64,000 bases of DNA from contig CM035351.1 in NCBI GenBank assembly GCA_020137815.1, forward strand, positions 4,216,001-4,280,000, given 5' to 3'. The number at the start of each line of letters is the position of its first letter. Position 1 is the first letter of the stretch. This DNA is from Hormiphora californensis. Taxonomy: Eukaryota > Animalia > Ctenophora. This document shows, one piece after another, positions 34,768 to 47,760 of the stretch. The notes under the pieces were generated by a model that was given only the letters and a program-made list of their open reading frames with translations, had not been told where the DNA came from and made no database searches. Made by a program: the position numbers and the translations under genes.

Positions 34768-35540
34768 GTAATTAATTGTCTGCTAATTAATGACATTTCT
34801 ATGGTGTCAGTGATCACTAAGGTTAGGTAAAATGTGTGTACAGTACAACTTCTAATAGAGGTGTGTTTGTAGTAAAGATTGTTATTAGGCCACATTTAAT
34901 TAACTCAGATATTTAATTAACTCAGATATTTAATTACCTGCAATGAGTTGTCGCGTTCGATATTTAAAGGGTTTTGAAGAGAGGGGCTAAAGCAGGTTTT
35001 TTAACGGGTCTAGCGAGTTCATTTCACCGTCATGAGAGATGATTCATTTCGAAAAGATACCGCTCTTGGAGTGGTCTCTTCTGGATGTCCTCCAGCATCC
35101 GTCCGACGGATGGTGGAGGACATTCGGAATAGACCACTCGGCACTCCAAGTCCCAAGAGCGGTATCTTTTGGAAATTGGACGGGGGACTCTCTTGGAAAG
35201 CGCTCTTCTGGTGCGATATTAGATTTGGTCTCTTCCGGCTGGGGTGCACTCTTGGATGTGGTGGGATATGATACAGACTCAGGGATAAGGCAGCGCTTAA
35301 AAAAACGGCAGGAACCAGCTCGTTTTTACTTTTTTCTCTTTTATTATATTTATTACTACACAACCCACTAGGGACCTCAGGGGTGAAACGGTGCAGAGCA
35401 GCCACTAGACACGGTGAGGTGTGAATCAAGTCATCATATGGTCCCTGTGTGGGTTGTGCAGAAAAATAACTTAATCAAACGCCTACACACTAAAAAATTG
35501 ATAAATAATATAAAAATAGTCTCTCATCACTAATGACATT

Positions 35541-35726
35541 TCAAAGGTTGAAGTCAAAATTGTCCAGTGTTGGTGTTCTTATGGGTACCCTACAACCTCT
35601 CAAGCTCCTCAAAGTTGACCTAAGGATGGAGAATCTCAACTTTTGCTTTATTGTAGCCATTACCTCTGGATATCTTTCTCCGTGTTTTTCCTCAATCCTT
35701 GAGGCAGCTTTCTTCAGGGTTTTCAT
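35541..35726 (-). pseudogene. C-terminal remnant of an RLE-type (CRE-like) non-LTR retrotransposon ORF
   Basis: YPEVMATIKQKLRFSILRSTLRSLRGCR resembles the RLSFxLLRSxxxCLRGxR terminus of such ORFs. Confidence 0.5.
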
Positions 35727-36546
35727 GAATTCGTCTCCGAGTCCTCCTTTTTTCTCTTTTTGAATTTTGGCTTTGAAACGTTTGGCATACGTTGCAGGCC
35801 CCTTATAATATAATATAAGGGGCCTGGAGGGAATACCGCGCTAGGGGGGGAATACATAATCAATCATATCTCCGGTTCCAGATAAGGTACAGAAATCGTT
35901 TTGGTAGCGTTGGAAAGAGGAAGATAACAGCTTTCAAACGCAACCGGTTTCAGGTCTCTATCTTATCAGGAACAAGAGATATGAACGAAACTCCGCAAAA
36001 TCGAGTGCGGTAAAATAAAAAAATTCGAGATTTTAATTCAAATTTGAAACAAAGTGTCCCTGCAGGGATCTGTGACGTCACTTTTTGAAAACAACCAATC
36101 TTTGAACGGCTATTGCTCAGCCTCCTCAAGTCCAATTAACTTGTCTCAAAAACAGCAAGGTAGATAATTGTCAGATCTAACAGCTAGTGAAAGAATCAAG
36201 CAAAACGGACTTCAGGGGCCAAAGTTATAAGCACCGCCGTTTTTTCGCTCGCAAAGTTATTTTCGACCCAGCCGGGCTCAGGCCAAACGCGCGCGCGGCA
36301 TTCCCTTCAGTCCCCTCGTTGCGGGGGTGCGCGCATGAGGGGGCTGCAGCGCATTCCAATTGAAACGTCGAAGGCAAAAACGCAGTTTTTTACCCGGCCC
36401 TACTCGAATCTGCGCGGCGCGATTTCGGCGGTGAAATTACGAAAAACAACGCGTCGAGACATCGCGCGGTCAATTTGCATCGCATGCCGTTTTATTTTGA
36501 AACGCAAGTTTATTTTTCCCTGCCCGGGTGAATGCCCGAAGGGCAT

Positions 36547-36995
36547 TTGGCATGCGCTGCAGACCCCAAGTGCGCGCGTTTTCCACGGCTTCTTTAAAGT
36601 CCATTTTTTTTCAACTGTTCATAGTGGAAGCTCTTACGGTAATTCCCACGCCCCGTGGGAACGTTTTCGACCGTGGGAAAGTTTTCAAACCGTGGGAAAA
36701 GAGAGATACATACAATAACTATAAAAAATAAATTGTTTTTTATTAGTTATTACATGTATCTCTCTTTTCCCACGGTTTGAAAACTTTCCCACGGTCGAAA
36801 ACTTTCCCACGGGGCGTGGGAATTACCGTAAGAGCTTCCACTATCACCCAAAAACTGAAATTTGATAAAAATTAGAATTTGGGTGGCGCGCGCTACACGT
36901 TAACATGTGATGAACGCGCAAAACAATTCCGCGCACGAGTTTGGGGGGTGAACAGTTTAAAAAAAATGGAGTATAGGGCCTGTAGCATAGGCCAA
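36547..36995. mobile_element. Non-autonomous element with 9-bp TSD (Mutator-like) inserted in a HINE hairpin
   Basis: TSD GAAGGGCAT at 36538-36546 and 36996-37004; imperfect TIR TTGGC..; the intact hairpin is seen at 37412-37444. Confidence 0.75.
36621..36844. mobile_element. Palindromic MITE nested in the 9-bp-TSD element
   Basis: ~95-bp arms with repeated CCGTGGGAA motifs. Confidence 0.85.
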
Positions 36996-37396
36996 GAAGG
37001 GCATTCACCCGGGATGATGTTTTTAGCACGCACGTGCTAAAAAGATCATTGTTTGTTTGTTTGTTTGTACTTGCTGCGTCTGGCGAGTGACCTGCCCGAA
37101 AGTAGCGGCGGCCGCACCGAGCACGCTTATTAGGCGCCCCAGCACGTCCACCACTCCGCCGTAGCAAGGCCACCCACCAATCAGTTTATGCAGAGCATGT
37201 TACTTCAGACGCTCCAGGAAGACCGTGGTCAACCACTGGCGACGTCGACAGGGGTATCACACTACTCCCGGCCTACTCCCGGCCTACCTGTCTGGCGGCG
37301 CCAGACCCCAATTTGATTCTCAAAATTTAATCTGAGCGCGCGACAGTGCGCTCAGATGGGTCGCGGCGCCAGACAGCGGCCTACTCACACTACTCC

Positions 37397-39013
37397 CGGA
37401 TTTTTTCCCTGCCCGGGTGAATGCCCGAAGGGCATTCACCCGGGATGATGTTTTTAGCACGCACGTGCTAAAAAGATCATTCAGGGTTTAGAAATCAGCA
37501 GATTGTTTAGTTAACTAAAAGTGTCCGTCCGTCCGTCCGTCACGGACAACGCCTAACAACAAGTCTGCTCCTTCATAAAACTTTCATCTCACGCTTCGTT
37601 GATTCAACAAAGGAAATGATTAACACACATTGTGGCGCGCAATTACTCGCTCATAGCACTTCCCACTATCACCTGAAATCACTTTGGGTGCTCTACAGCC
37701 ATGCTATGAAGTGGTAGAACGTCTTCCAAGCATGAAACTACTGTCACACTAGTGACTCGAGTTGAGATGCGGTTAAAGTTGAAGCACTTGGTAACCAACT
37801 GGGGTCTCCTAAGCAACTGCCTTGGTTGCCATAGCAACTGTCTCGGTTACCATATCAATTATCAACTGCTTTGGTTACCATGGCAACTGCTTTGGTTACC
37901 ATAGCAACTTACCTAGTTAGTAACTAGTAGTTACCTTAGTAACCAAAATTGCATCAGCCAAAAAATGCTCTTTGAGCACAAAATTCATCAGGAAATCCAG
38001 TTTTGAAGCTTATTCATCAATTTTAAATCCATTTGTGGCAGGGAAACACCGCATTATGAATACATAATGCAATAATTCTTGTTTTTAGAGTTTAACGTCG
38101 GATTTTTTGAAACTGTCACCCCCTGGGTATTTTCAAACTTCGTAAATGACCATAAATCCGGTTCCTGACGAGATAGAGACTTGAAATTTGGAGGTTACGA
38201 AGATCTTGCGAAGTTCTTTCGAACCTCCAAATTTCAAGTCTCTATCTTATCAGGAACCGGAGATATGGCAAATTTTGTTATTTCAGGGGGGTGACAGTTT
38301 CAAAAAATCCGACTTTAAACTCTAAAAACAAGAATTATTGCATTATGTATTCATAATGCGGTGTTTCCCTGCCACAAATGGATTTAAAATTGATGAATAA
38401 GCTTCAAAACTGGATTTCCTGATGAATTTTGTGCTCAAAGAGCATTTTTTGGCTGATGCAATTTTGGTTACTAAGGTAACTACTAGTTACTAACTAGGTA
38501 AGTTGCTATGGTAACCAAAGCAGTTGCCATGGTAACCAAAGCAGTTGATAATTGATATGGTAACCGAGACAGTTGCTATGGCAACCAAGGCAGTTGCTTA
38601 GGAGACCCCAGTTGGTTACCAAGTGCTTCAACTTTAACCGCATCTCAACTCGAGTCACTAGTGTGACAGTAGTTTCATGCTTGGAAGACGTTCTACCACT
38701 TCATAGCATGGCTGTAGAGCACCCAAAGTGATTTCAGGTGATAGTGGGAAGTGCTATGAGCGAGTAATTGCGCGCCACAATGTGTGTTAATCATTTCCTT
38801 TGTTGAATCAACGAAGCGTGAGATGAAAGTTTTATGAAGGAGCAGACTTGTTGTTAGGCGTTGTCCGTGACGGACGGACGGACGGACACTTTTAGTTAAC
38901 TAAACAATCTGCTGATTTCTAAACCCTGAATGATCTTTTTAGCACGTGCGTGCTAAAAACATCATCCCGGGTGAATGCCCTTCGGGCATTCACCCGGGCA
39001 GGGAAAAAATCCG
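37397..39013. repeat. ~1.6-kb inverted duplication; arms ~700 bp containing HINE-like ends and (GTCC)n
   Basis: 37397-38095 is the reverse complement of 38315-39013. Confidence 0.93.
38096..38314. mobile_element. TTAA-flanked MITE at the palindrome axis
   Basis: TIR GTCGGATTTTTTGAAACTGTCACCCCC; TTAA at 38092-38095 and 38315-38318; internal palindrome. Confidence 0.85.
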
Positions 39014-39020
39014 ACTTTAA

Positions 39021-39600
39021 AGGGCCTAAAAACCCAAATTCTATTTATTTATTTTGAACACTACATCGTAACAAGCATGCTATTGGAGTCCCAAAAAACA
39101 TAGGTACACGCCCCACGGACCCAAGGTGATCCCAGGGGGAGCACCTCAAGTTCGGGCCCAGTTGGGGTCCCCCTGTAAACGCGCTTGTACTCCTTGAAAT
39201 GCTAACAATATGATCCTCTCTCAAATTTGAAGTTTTGGGTAAATTTATCCTTGTGTTACAGGTGAGTACATAATCTTTCTTGTCTCTGTATTCTGGTAAT
39301 TTTTCTCCTAGTTTTGATAGGCTTAAATAATAATTGATGAGAAAGATTATGAAATCTACTAAAACACAAGGATCATTTCTATCCTAAATTTTATATTTGA
39401 GAGAGGATCATATTGTTAGCATTTCAAGGAGTACAAGCGCGTTTACAAGGGGACCCCAAATGGGCCCCAACTTGAGGGGCTCCCCCTGGGCTCACCTGGA
39501 GTCCATGTGGCGTGTGCCTATGCTTTTTGGGACTCCAATAGCATGCTTGTTACGATGGAGTGTTCAAAATAATTAATTAAAATTTGGGTTTTTAGGCCCT
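39021..39600. mobile_element. TTAA-flanked MITE with ~200-bp TIRs (Kolobok-like)
   Basis: TTAA|AGGGCCTAAAAACCCAAATT ... AATTTGGGTTTTTAGGCCCT|TTAA. Confidence 0.88.
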
Positions 39601-39934
39601 TTAAGAAGTTCTTAAAAATTCAAAATCGGTCAAAACTGTCCAAAAATCAAAAATCAAAATGTTAAATTGAGGCCTTATGAAGTTTCAAGCTTGTCATGCA
39701 GAACGCCAAAAGGAACTGGCTAACAAGTTCTATAATAATCGGAGAATGGAGCTCCAGTTTTTTAAAAGTTCGCTGACCTTTGCTCTACCAGTCTCCCCTG
39801 TGTGCTTTTTCAACAGGGGCTGTGAGTACCGTGGTATACTCTTAGTTACCCTTGCGGAACTCAGTCTAAAGGGCAACTCTTTTATAAACATTATTGTTAA
39901 CTTAACTACTCATTCCCGCACCGGGCGCGACTAT

Positions 39935-40183
39935 AATCTGGGAGCCTTGCGGCCTGTTTACAGGTGCGCACTACCAAAAGAGTACACTTAGACCGACTTT
40001 TTTCAAACGGCTATAGCCACGCAACCACATGGCCAATTTGAGTAAACTAAACGGTAACTGATAGAGAATCAATAGCCCTAACCGATAACCCCAAACCAAA
40101 CCCTAACCCGACCCTAACGGATAGCCCTAACGCGTCACGCGCGCTAAAACTACGAATTGTTAGCAATGAAAGGCACCCAGATT
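39935..40183. mobile_element. MITE-like element with CCCTAA-rich interior
   Basis: TIR AATCTGGGAGCCTT / AAGGCACCCAGATT; CCCTAA units at 40076-40130. Confidence 0.55.
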
Positions 40184-41017
40184 TTAACGTTTTCCTCCCG
40201 CACCCCTGCACCATCTTCAAGAATTAGGGCTAACCTAATTGATACGAGAGAGATGTGCCATTCAAAATGATGATTTCAGTTCTTCGTCCTTCGGTTAACT
40301 GCCAACTGGGATGTTGTATGCAACAACAGAGTTGCCGCTTAGACAAAGATTGAGAAAAATCTCTGAATTGTAACGTTAGAGCGATTTTAGTAAACTTAGT
40401 AGAATGTTCGAGGGATGCATGATCGAGGTTGTATTGCTTCCTTGTACTGCTATCATCGAATTGACAGTTTCTGTCATCTCTGCTAGGTCATGAAGATGCA
40501 CACTGCAGAACGATTGGATCAGATCTATAGGAGCTGTCAGCTGAGGAAAGGTAAGAACTAAGATTAAGTTGCAATAGGCACTATTTCAACTAGTAGTTGG
40601 TCTGCTCTAGTTACCTAGCATAATGTACTGTAATGGACACTTTGGACAGACAGACAAACTGCAAATTGGTACAGCACAGAGAAACTGGTTCCTTTTGTTT
40701 CTCTAATTAACAACAGACAAGTGTATGAACAGTGAGTGACATGTTGAAAATACTGAAACCACTTTTATAGCTCAACAAGTTTGACGTAGTATAAAAGTTA
40801 TAATAGTGTTGGGTATGCGCCTATAGTTCCACTTACTACAACATTTATATTTTCTAAGCTCTATAGCACTACATATCACCAACATATAACCTAACTATCG
40901 TTAATAACAGTGCAGTGTTAGGTATGTAATATTCTCATTTCTCAATGAAATGGAACGACCGAAATATCTTCATCTCTTTGTTACTTTTTGTATCATTTCC
41001 GCCTGCATATCACGCAT

Positions 41018-41052
<35 letters not shown>

Positions 41053-44000
41053 CCAGCTTTTAATTGACGCCGTTATATAGGCACTCTTTTTGGGTTTGGG
41101 AAATACGCAGGCTGACAGGATTGCTCCAGGCTCCTACACCAAAAAGTAAAAGAGGGGGAAAAGGAAAGAAGGGGATGGGGAAGGGGAAAAAATGAGAAAT
41201 ATAAAGAAGAGGAAGAGAAGGAAAAAAAATGGGAAAAAACCTCCCCTTTTTTTTCCTCCGCCCTGAAAAAAAAGAGTTAAACCAAGAACGGGGGGAAAAA
41301 ATTTTTTTATTTTGTTTCGGAAGAAACCGGGGGAAGAACAACAGAGGGGCAGACAAAGTTGAGAAAAACCGAATTAACGGAGCTTTGGGAAATTTAGGAA
41401 TGTCGAGGAGATGGCGAGGGTACCCCGAGAAAAATTTGACGCGCTTTTTGCAGGCATGGAGGCACACGAACGAATGACTGGGGGATGGGGAAAAGGAAAA
41501 CAAGGGAAAAAGGCCAAAAAAGTAGTTGTTGCCATTCCCTCATGGTCTAAAGGGAAAGGGCCACAGCCGAAAATTGGTCGAAAGAAAAACTTCCTTTTGG
41601 GTTTCCAAAAACCAGAAAGGGGTTTTGACCGGGGGCAGTAAAAAACAAAACCACAGAAAAAGGGAGTGGGAAAAAGATTTGTTGGGTTGGACACATCAAA
41701 CTTTTTTTAAGCCTATCACCCCCAATACCCTAAACCTTTTTCGGCAGGAGAGAAAAAGGAAAAAAAGGGAAAAAAAGATCTTTTCCGGTTTTTTTGTAGC
41801 CTGATTACGCTTTTCACAAAAAAAACAAAAAAAAAAAAAACACAGACAGGATGCCCGGGCTTAATGGACAAAGCGAGAGTTAGGAAAACAAATTTGGACG
41901 AGATATGATCGAATGCAGACAAGAGTCAAGGAGCCTTCTAAAAAGAGAGGAGAGAACGCGAGAGAGGGAGGGAGAAGAAAAGAGAAAGAGAGAGGGGAGA
42001 GAGAAAAAGAGAGGAATAGGAGAAGAGGGGAGAGAGAAGTGAGAAGGATGAGAGCAGAGAGAGAGATAGAAAGAGAGGGGAAGAGGGAAGAGAAGAGAAG
42101 GGAGAGAGAAAGAAGAGAAAAGGGGAATAGAAAGATATGCAAGTGTGTGTGTGTGCTGTGTGGGAGTGATGGAAGGAGAAGATTAGCTAAACACGGCGGC
42201 ATGACTCGTGGCTGGTAAATGATTTGATGAAGGTATAATCAAGCATCCACCATATTTACCCTCCAGGTCGCCACACACACACACACAGCACAGTAGAACA
42301 TAGCTGATCACTGTGTTTAGTACCTACCGCTGGTAACGTAGTTTGGCCGCTCGTGGAAGCCCGGGGGTTGAAGGACTGAGAGAGGGTATTGGCCATTGGG
42401 CAACTATGTCACCTTTGTTTTATCGCCCCTAAATGATTTTTGTGTAGTGTGTACACTTCAATTATTATAGTCCAGCTCTAGTGGAGTATTCGGCCGTGAT
42501 TACCAATGATATGTGATTCAATTGTGCTCTTTGTCAGATCATGTTCCCTGTTCCTCTAAATAATTCATAATTCCCGCTGCAATGAATTCCTAGTTTTTTA
42601 CCACTGTCTGTACATTATCATCTTCATGCATGAAGATTTTAACATTTTGTTTGGCACGATTACCGGTTGTGGCGGTTACCAGACAATTTGTTACTGACAC
42701 ACAAACCACTAACACACAAACAACTTAACATAACAACAACTTCTCAACCGCGTGTGGTAGTACACTGATCTGTGTCGTATTATCGTTGTGTTTTCTTTGT
42801 CCGTACAAGTGTTTGTCCTCCTCCACTTCCTTCTACCCTTCTTCCCCGTAGTGTGTTGATACAGCAGTGTGTCAATTTAGTATCATGGAAGGCGTCGTCC
42901 TGAGATCCTCAGCGGAATGCACCTCAGAGATACAACAGGTATACAGATTGTCAAAACTATGTTTTGTAAAGCTGCTCTCTCCCTGAATGCATCGTTTTTT
43001 CGTTCGTCCCGGGGATCGCGGAGACAGTTCAAACATTTCAAATGATATAGTCCCGTACTGGTACCAATCCTATTTGATTGCAGGATCGCAGTGACAGAAG
43101 GAGTGTGTTTAGTATGGTGGATTTGGATGACGAGGGACAGTTAGATGCACATCCCAACCTACAGGATAACATTGTTCCCGGTGTTAGGTTAGTGATCACC
43201 TTGAATGTAGAAACATCTTAATAAGACTGAATCGGATTCAGTGTTATTAAGATTTAATCTGAATTCTCACCGAGTGTGAATTAAAATTGCGATGTGAGGC
43301 GTGAGCCACCCAACTGCATTCAAGATGTTAGAATAGTTATCGCCGATATTCCTAGTTGGTCTGATCTTCGATACCCCGATAATCACTAATTCCCGTGTCT
43401 TATTCTCATATTTAATCTTCAAGCCACCACTGCTTGACCGTCTAGAGAAATGGGAAAATGGTTATGCAGAAAACGAGGTCACGGAGCACCAAGTCTGACA
43501 ATTATCCTTTTTAGGATCCCCCTTTACTATCGATTTCAATATTTCATGATTGCTTATGTTCCGTGGAACGTGCAATAACTTGATGTGTCTTCTTTCAGTC
43601 AGGCGAAGAGAGGGAGTATCATCGCTAAGAAACTTGTTGAATATGCGAGCAATATTAAAGGCACCATTCGTTACACCAGTGTACCAAGGTTCCACTTACC
43701 ACGACCTTCTGAGTGCGGGAACATCAAAAAAGATCTACAAGGTAACAAAAAACATAGTGGGTGCCATAATTTCAGTGAAGTCCAAAGTTGTTGAACTTGA
43801 AATGAGAAGAATTATAACTTGTTTCATTTTTCAGATTTACATCAAATAAAATCGTATACATCATGGGGACTGATTATGTTTTGTACTGTCACTATGGCAA
43901 TAGGTAAGTTATCATTTTAGTGTAGCAGTATTATACAATTGTACTGTAGTTTTATTTAGTTGTCGAATATATCGATACTACATCACTCTCCACAGTGATG

Positions 44001-44362
44001 CAGAATTATGTCGTGTATATTACAACTTGTACAGCTGCACTTCGTGTCAGTATTTACCAGTTACCAACATATTCATATTTATAATTTATCGACATTTTGT
44101 CAGATGTCACTGTTAATTAGATAAGTTCCAACACTGGAACCCTAATATATCCCAATTTCTGGGCCAACTGGAACCCTAATCTAACTCTCTCTCATTCAGG
44201 TCTGATAGCAATGACATTGTACGATAAGATAGGATTTGTAATGTACGTGATATGGGGAGTGTGTGTATTCCTTGACATATCAGTTATCGTCGCATCACAA
44301 TTTTACTGCCAGCTTCTCCTCCGAAGTAAGTCGTATGTAACTACAACATTCTTGCGACTACT

Positions 44363-44488
44363 AGGGTCAGCACACACCAAAATTAAAATTTTGATTTTGA
44401 CGCCGCACACACCAGCAGCCGTTAAAATTTCTCTCACCCATTCTAAAAGTAACATTTTATTAATTTTAACTTTGGTGTGTGCTGACCC
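44363..44488. mobile_element. Small MITE (also at ~48791-48917), TA-flanked
   Basis: GGGTCAGCACACACCAAA / TTTGGTGTGTGCTGACCC; empty-site sequence GACTACTACTGTT at 49356-49410. Confidence 0.8.
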
Positions 44489-45275
44489 CTACTGTTATAT
44501 TTGTTGTTGTAGTTACTACTAGGACCTGTCTGGCGGTGTCGACCCGATCTGAGAGCACCGTTGTGAGAATCAAAACGGTGTCTGAAGCTACCAGACAGGT
44601 TCTAGTAGTAACTACAATTATAGTACAATCACGCTACTACAACTGTTAGTCAACAGTAGTGGTAACTACTGTTATCATGGTTATTATACTTTTTGTAGTA
44701 GTAGTGAGATTGTAACGAGATTGTAGCGAGATTGTAACGAGATTGCAATATATTGTTCATCAATTCATCATGTGACAATATATTGTCATATGAACAATAT
44801 CATATTGCACATGCCTGTGTTGAGTTAATGAGTTGCTGTGAACAATTCAACACATGTGCAGTACCTACTGACGTTAATCATTCTCTGCCCCTTCAACTGT
44901 GATACAGCTGTGTGTTAATTTAGTATCATGGAAGGCGTCGTCCTGAGATCCTCAGCGGAATGCACCTCAGAGATTCAACAGGTATACAGATTGTCAAAAC
45001 CATATTTTGTAAAGCTGCTCTATCCCCTTTTTGTTTTAAAATTTTCCCTAGGGATCGCGGAGACATATTAACAGTTCAAATTATTATAGAGTCCCGTCAT
45101 GCTGGTACCAACATGATCGATTATTGCAGGATCGCAGTGACAGAAGGAGTGTGTTTAGTATGGTGGATTTGGATGACGAGGGACAGTTAGACGCACATCC
45201 CAACCTACAGGATAACATTGTTCCCGGTGTTAGGTTAGTGATCACCTTGAATTTGTAGAAACATCTTAATAAGAC

Positions 45276-47760
45276 TCTCTCACAGAGTTTCTCATAAAAT
45301 TGTAGTGTGTGTGTGTGTGTGTGTTTAGTACCTCCCAACATTCCGACCCACTTAGCTGTCATGTAAGACGAGACAGCCTGCCCCTAGGAATTCACCTCTC
45401 GCCACATGTCCCCACACAAAAAGGTCACGTGTCGGTGTTCTCCAGGTCGAGCCTGGGTTCGTCCAGCAGGCCGCGCAGAGGGGATAGGGGATCTTACTCC
45501 CCCCCCCTCCTTGCTGCCCGCTGAATTCCCCCTGCCCTGTTTGGCACCGCGAGAAAGGTATTGCATACGAAGGAAGTAGACGCCCGACTATTACAAGGAC
45601 AGTGGCGGAATTTACCTGTCCGAGTGACTGGTCTCTGGTTACTACTGTTGCAAGCAACTGTAGAAGTAGGTGGGTTGCCGGATACGATGTAACGATGGTT
45701 CACTGTAGCGGACTACGGTGTCGCTGACAACGTATCTTACACATCTCAGGCTTTGGGTCGGTACCCTTAGTATGACAGATCTGCCTACGGCCTGGGAGTC
45801 CGGCGACTATTTTCCAATAGCGGTAGCTTTAAATCGATTCACACTGGCAAGCATTTGCTAAGTATCAGCTTCCAGAGGCGGCACTTTGCGTTTTCTAATG
45901 TCTCCAGAGATGTCTGGCCGTAGGTGGTCCTGTTGACCTCGACCTGCCCGGTGGTCACGGGCTCTTATCGATCATATTAACACCATAAGTATTTCCCCCT
46001 CGTATTCGTGAATACTCTTCAGATCATAGATTTTGGCGGGGGGATTGCAATTGTTTAGGCTACATTTTGCCATGCGAGGTTAGGTTGCCAATTGTGACTA
46101 GGTCACTGGCGGGGGTGCCAATTGTGACTAGGTCACTGGCGGGGGTGCCAAACATGACCGGGTCACTGGCGATGACCGGGTCAATGGCGGTGGTATACAA
46201 TGTTTTGCATACCATGTGAGCTGGTGTGAGGAGGAGTAGTAGGAGTAGTAGTTGCTGGTCTTCAGAAACAGTGTCATGTAGGTTGCTAGGGGGATTATAG
46301 TTTGTCTAATGTGTCATGTGTGACAGGGGTGCCAACTGTGACTGGGTCACTGGCGAGGGTGCTAATTTCGACTGGGTCACTGGCGGGGTTCCAATTGCGA
46401 CTGGGTCACTGGCGGTGTTCCATTTGATGCACATTTCTTTAATTACTATTGTGGGAAATGGAAGTGAGTTTAGACGTACTTTGCGTAGAGTGAATTCTGA
46501 GTTGGCCGTGTGGCCAAAGTCTTTATTATTATTATTATAGGTCACCGGCCGGAGTGCCAATTGTGTCTGGGTCACTCGCGGTGGTACACAGTGGTTTGCG
46601 TACCATGTGGACTGGTGCGAGGAGGAGTAGTAGAAGTGGTACTCAACTGTTGCGGGGCTTACGAAAACAGAGTCATGTAGGTTGCTATAGGGGGAGATAT
46701 GTGCCGAGTGGTTGTCTAGCCTGTCATTATTTGTGTATTTGTTAATGCGATTAGGAGGCCGCTAGGCCTTAATTTTAAACTACAAATCTCGGTGGTTGAT
46801 ATCGCGTAGTGGCTTGTGGTGTTATTTGATTAGTTCATCTTCCTATTTACGGGACTACGATAAGGATGGTCATTGCTTTATCCATTATCGGATACTCGGG
46901 TGATGTATTTAGCTCTATAGAAGTATCTTCGCGCCCTCCTGTGAGTAGGCTTTACGGATCACATATCCTTATCTCTCAATCTGAAGCAGATTGGAGTACA
47001 TATATTATTCGCTGTGTTTGCAAGGACATCTAGGACTGAGAGAGGAATTTGAATTTAGGCATATTTTCGGAATCAAAAAACTAACACTTCTTTGGTTTAG
47101 TTTGGGTAGCCTGTAGTAGGTTTTCCAGCAGTATAGTAGTCCGTACAGTGGAATATTTGATTTTTAATTTGCGAGATATTGCAAAGGTAGTATGTGGCAA
47201 AAATTTGGGCAGAGGTTCCCCAGGGGAATAACCCCTATTTTTTGCGAGAGAAGGTAACCTCCGTCCTACCAATGGTATGTTGGACTGAAGGGCTGTCTTA
47301 AAGGCTACAGCTGCCGGGTCAACAGGCATGCCTACAAGGCAGAGGCCCTCGGTTGCCAATATTGAGCGAGGCTAGTTCTCTGGCGTTTAATTTACTCCCT
47401 TAATGGGAGATAGCAGCTCACGTCCGCAGTCATTAGCCGCACAACACGCACACAGCCCGATCCCCCACCCGATGGACAGGGAAGACCCCGACCCCGCCCA
47501 AGACGACCGCACCCCAGTCCCCGCCAAGACAGAGAGCCCATCTCGGCCGGAACCAGGAGCACGACCACCCATAACAAGGCCAAAGACCACCCAACCCCGA
47601 GCAAAAAACCGGACCACACACGCGGAGTACGTTTCCAGGATGGACCGACGCGGAGGTTGACTGATCGGGCTTGCAGTGATATGGCGCCAAGAAGAGCGAA
47701 GCTCAGTTCAGCACCACATCACTACCATTCCATCCCATAAAAAAAAAAAAAAAAAATCCC
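45276..47760 (+). mobile_element. ~2.5-kb apparently non-coding insertion ending in poly(A), present only in duplicate copy 2
   Basis: Absent from copy 1; begins near (TG)n, ends in the A-run 47739-47756; internal ~30-bp tandem repeats at 46085-46190 and 46325-46415. Confidence 0.6.

Noticed and set aside
39369-39382. GGATCATTTCTAT resembling U3 snoRNA box A
   Set aside because: It lies inside a MITE as part of the shared ACACAAGGAT motif; the other U3 boxes are absent.
40076-40130. CCCTAA units as an interstitial telomere
   Set aside because: Few, interrupted and enclosed by MITE TIRs.
41060-42220. Several 70-150-aa ORFs in a purine and homopolymer-rich tract
   Set aside because: Low-complexity sequence that looks like low-quality gap fill; translations are compositional artefacts.
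45330-45500. HDV-like ribozyme at the 5' end of the poly(A) insertion
   Set aside because: Could not build the nested double pseudoknot by eye.
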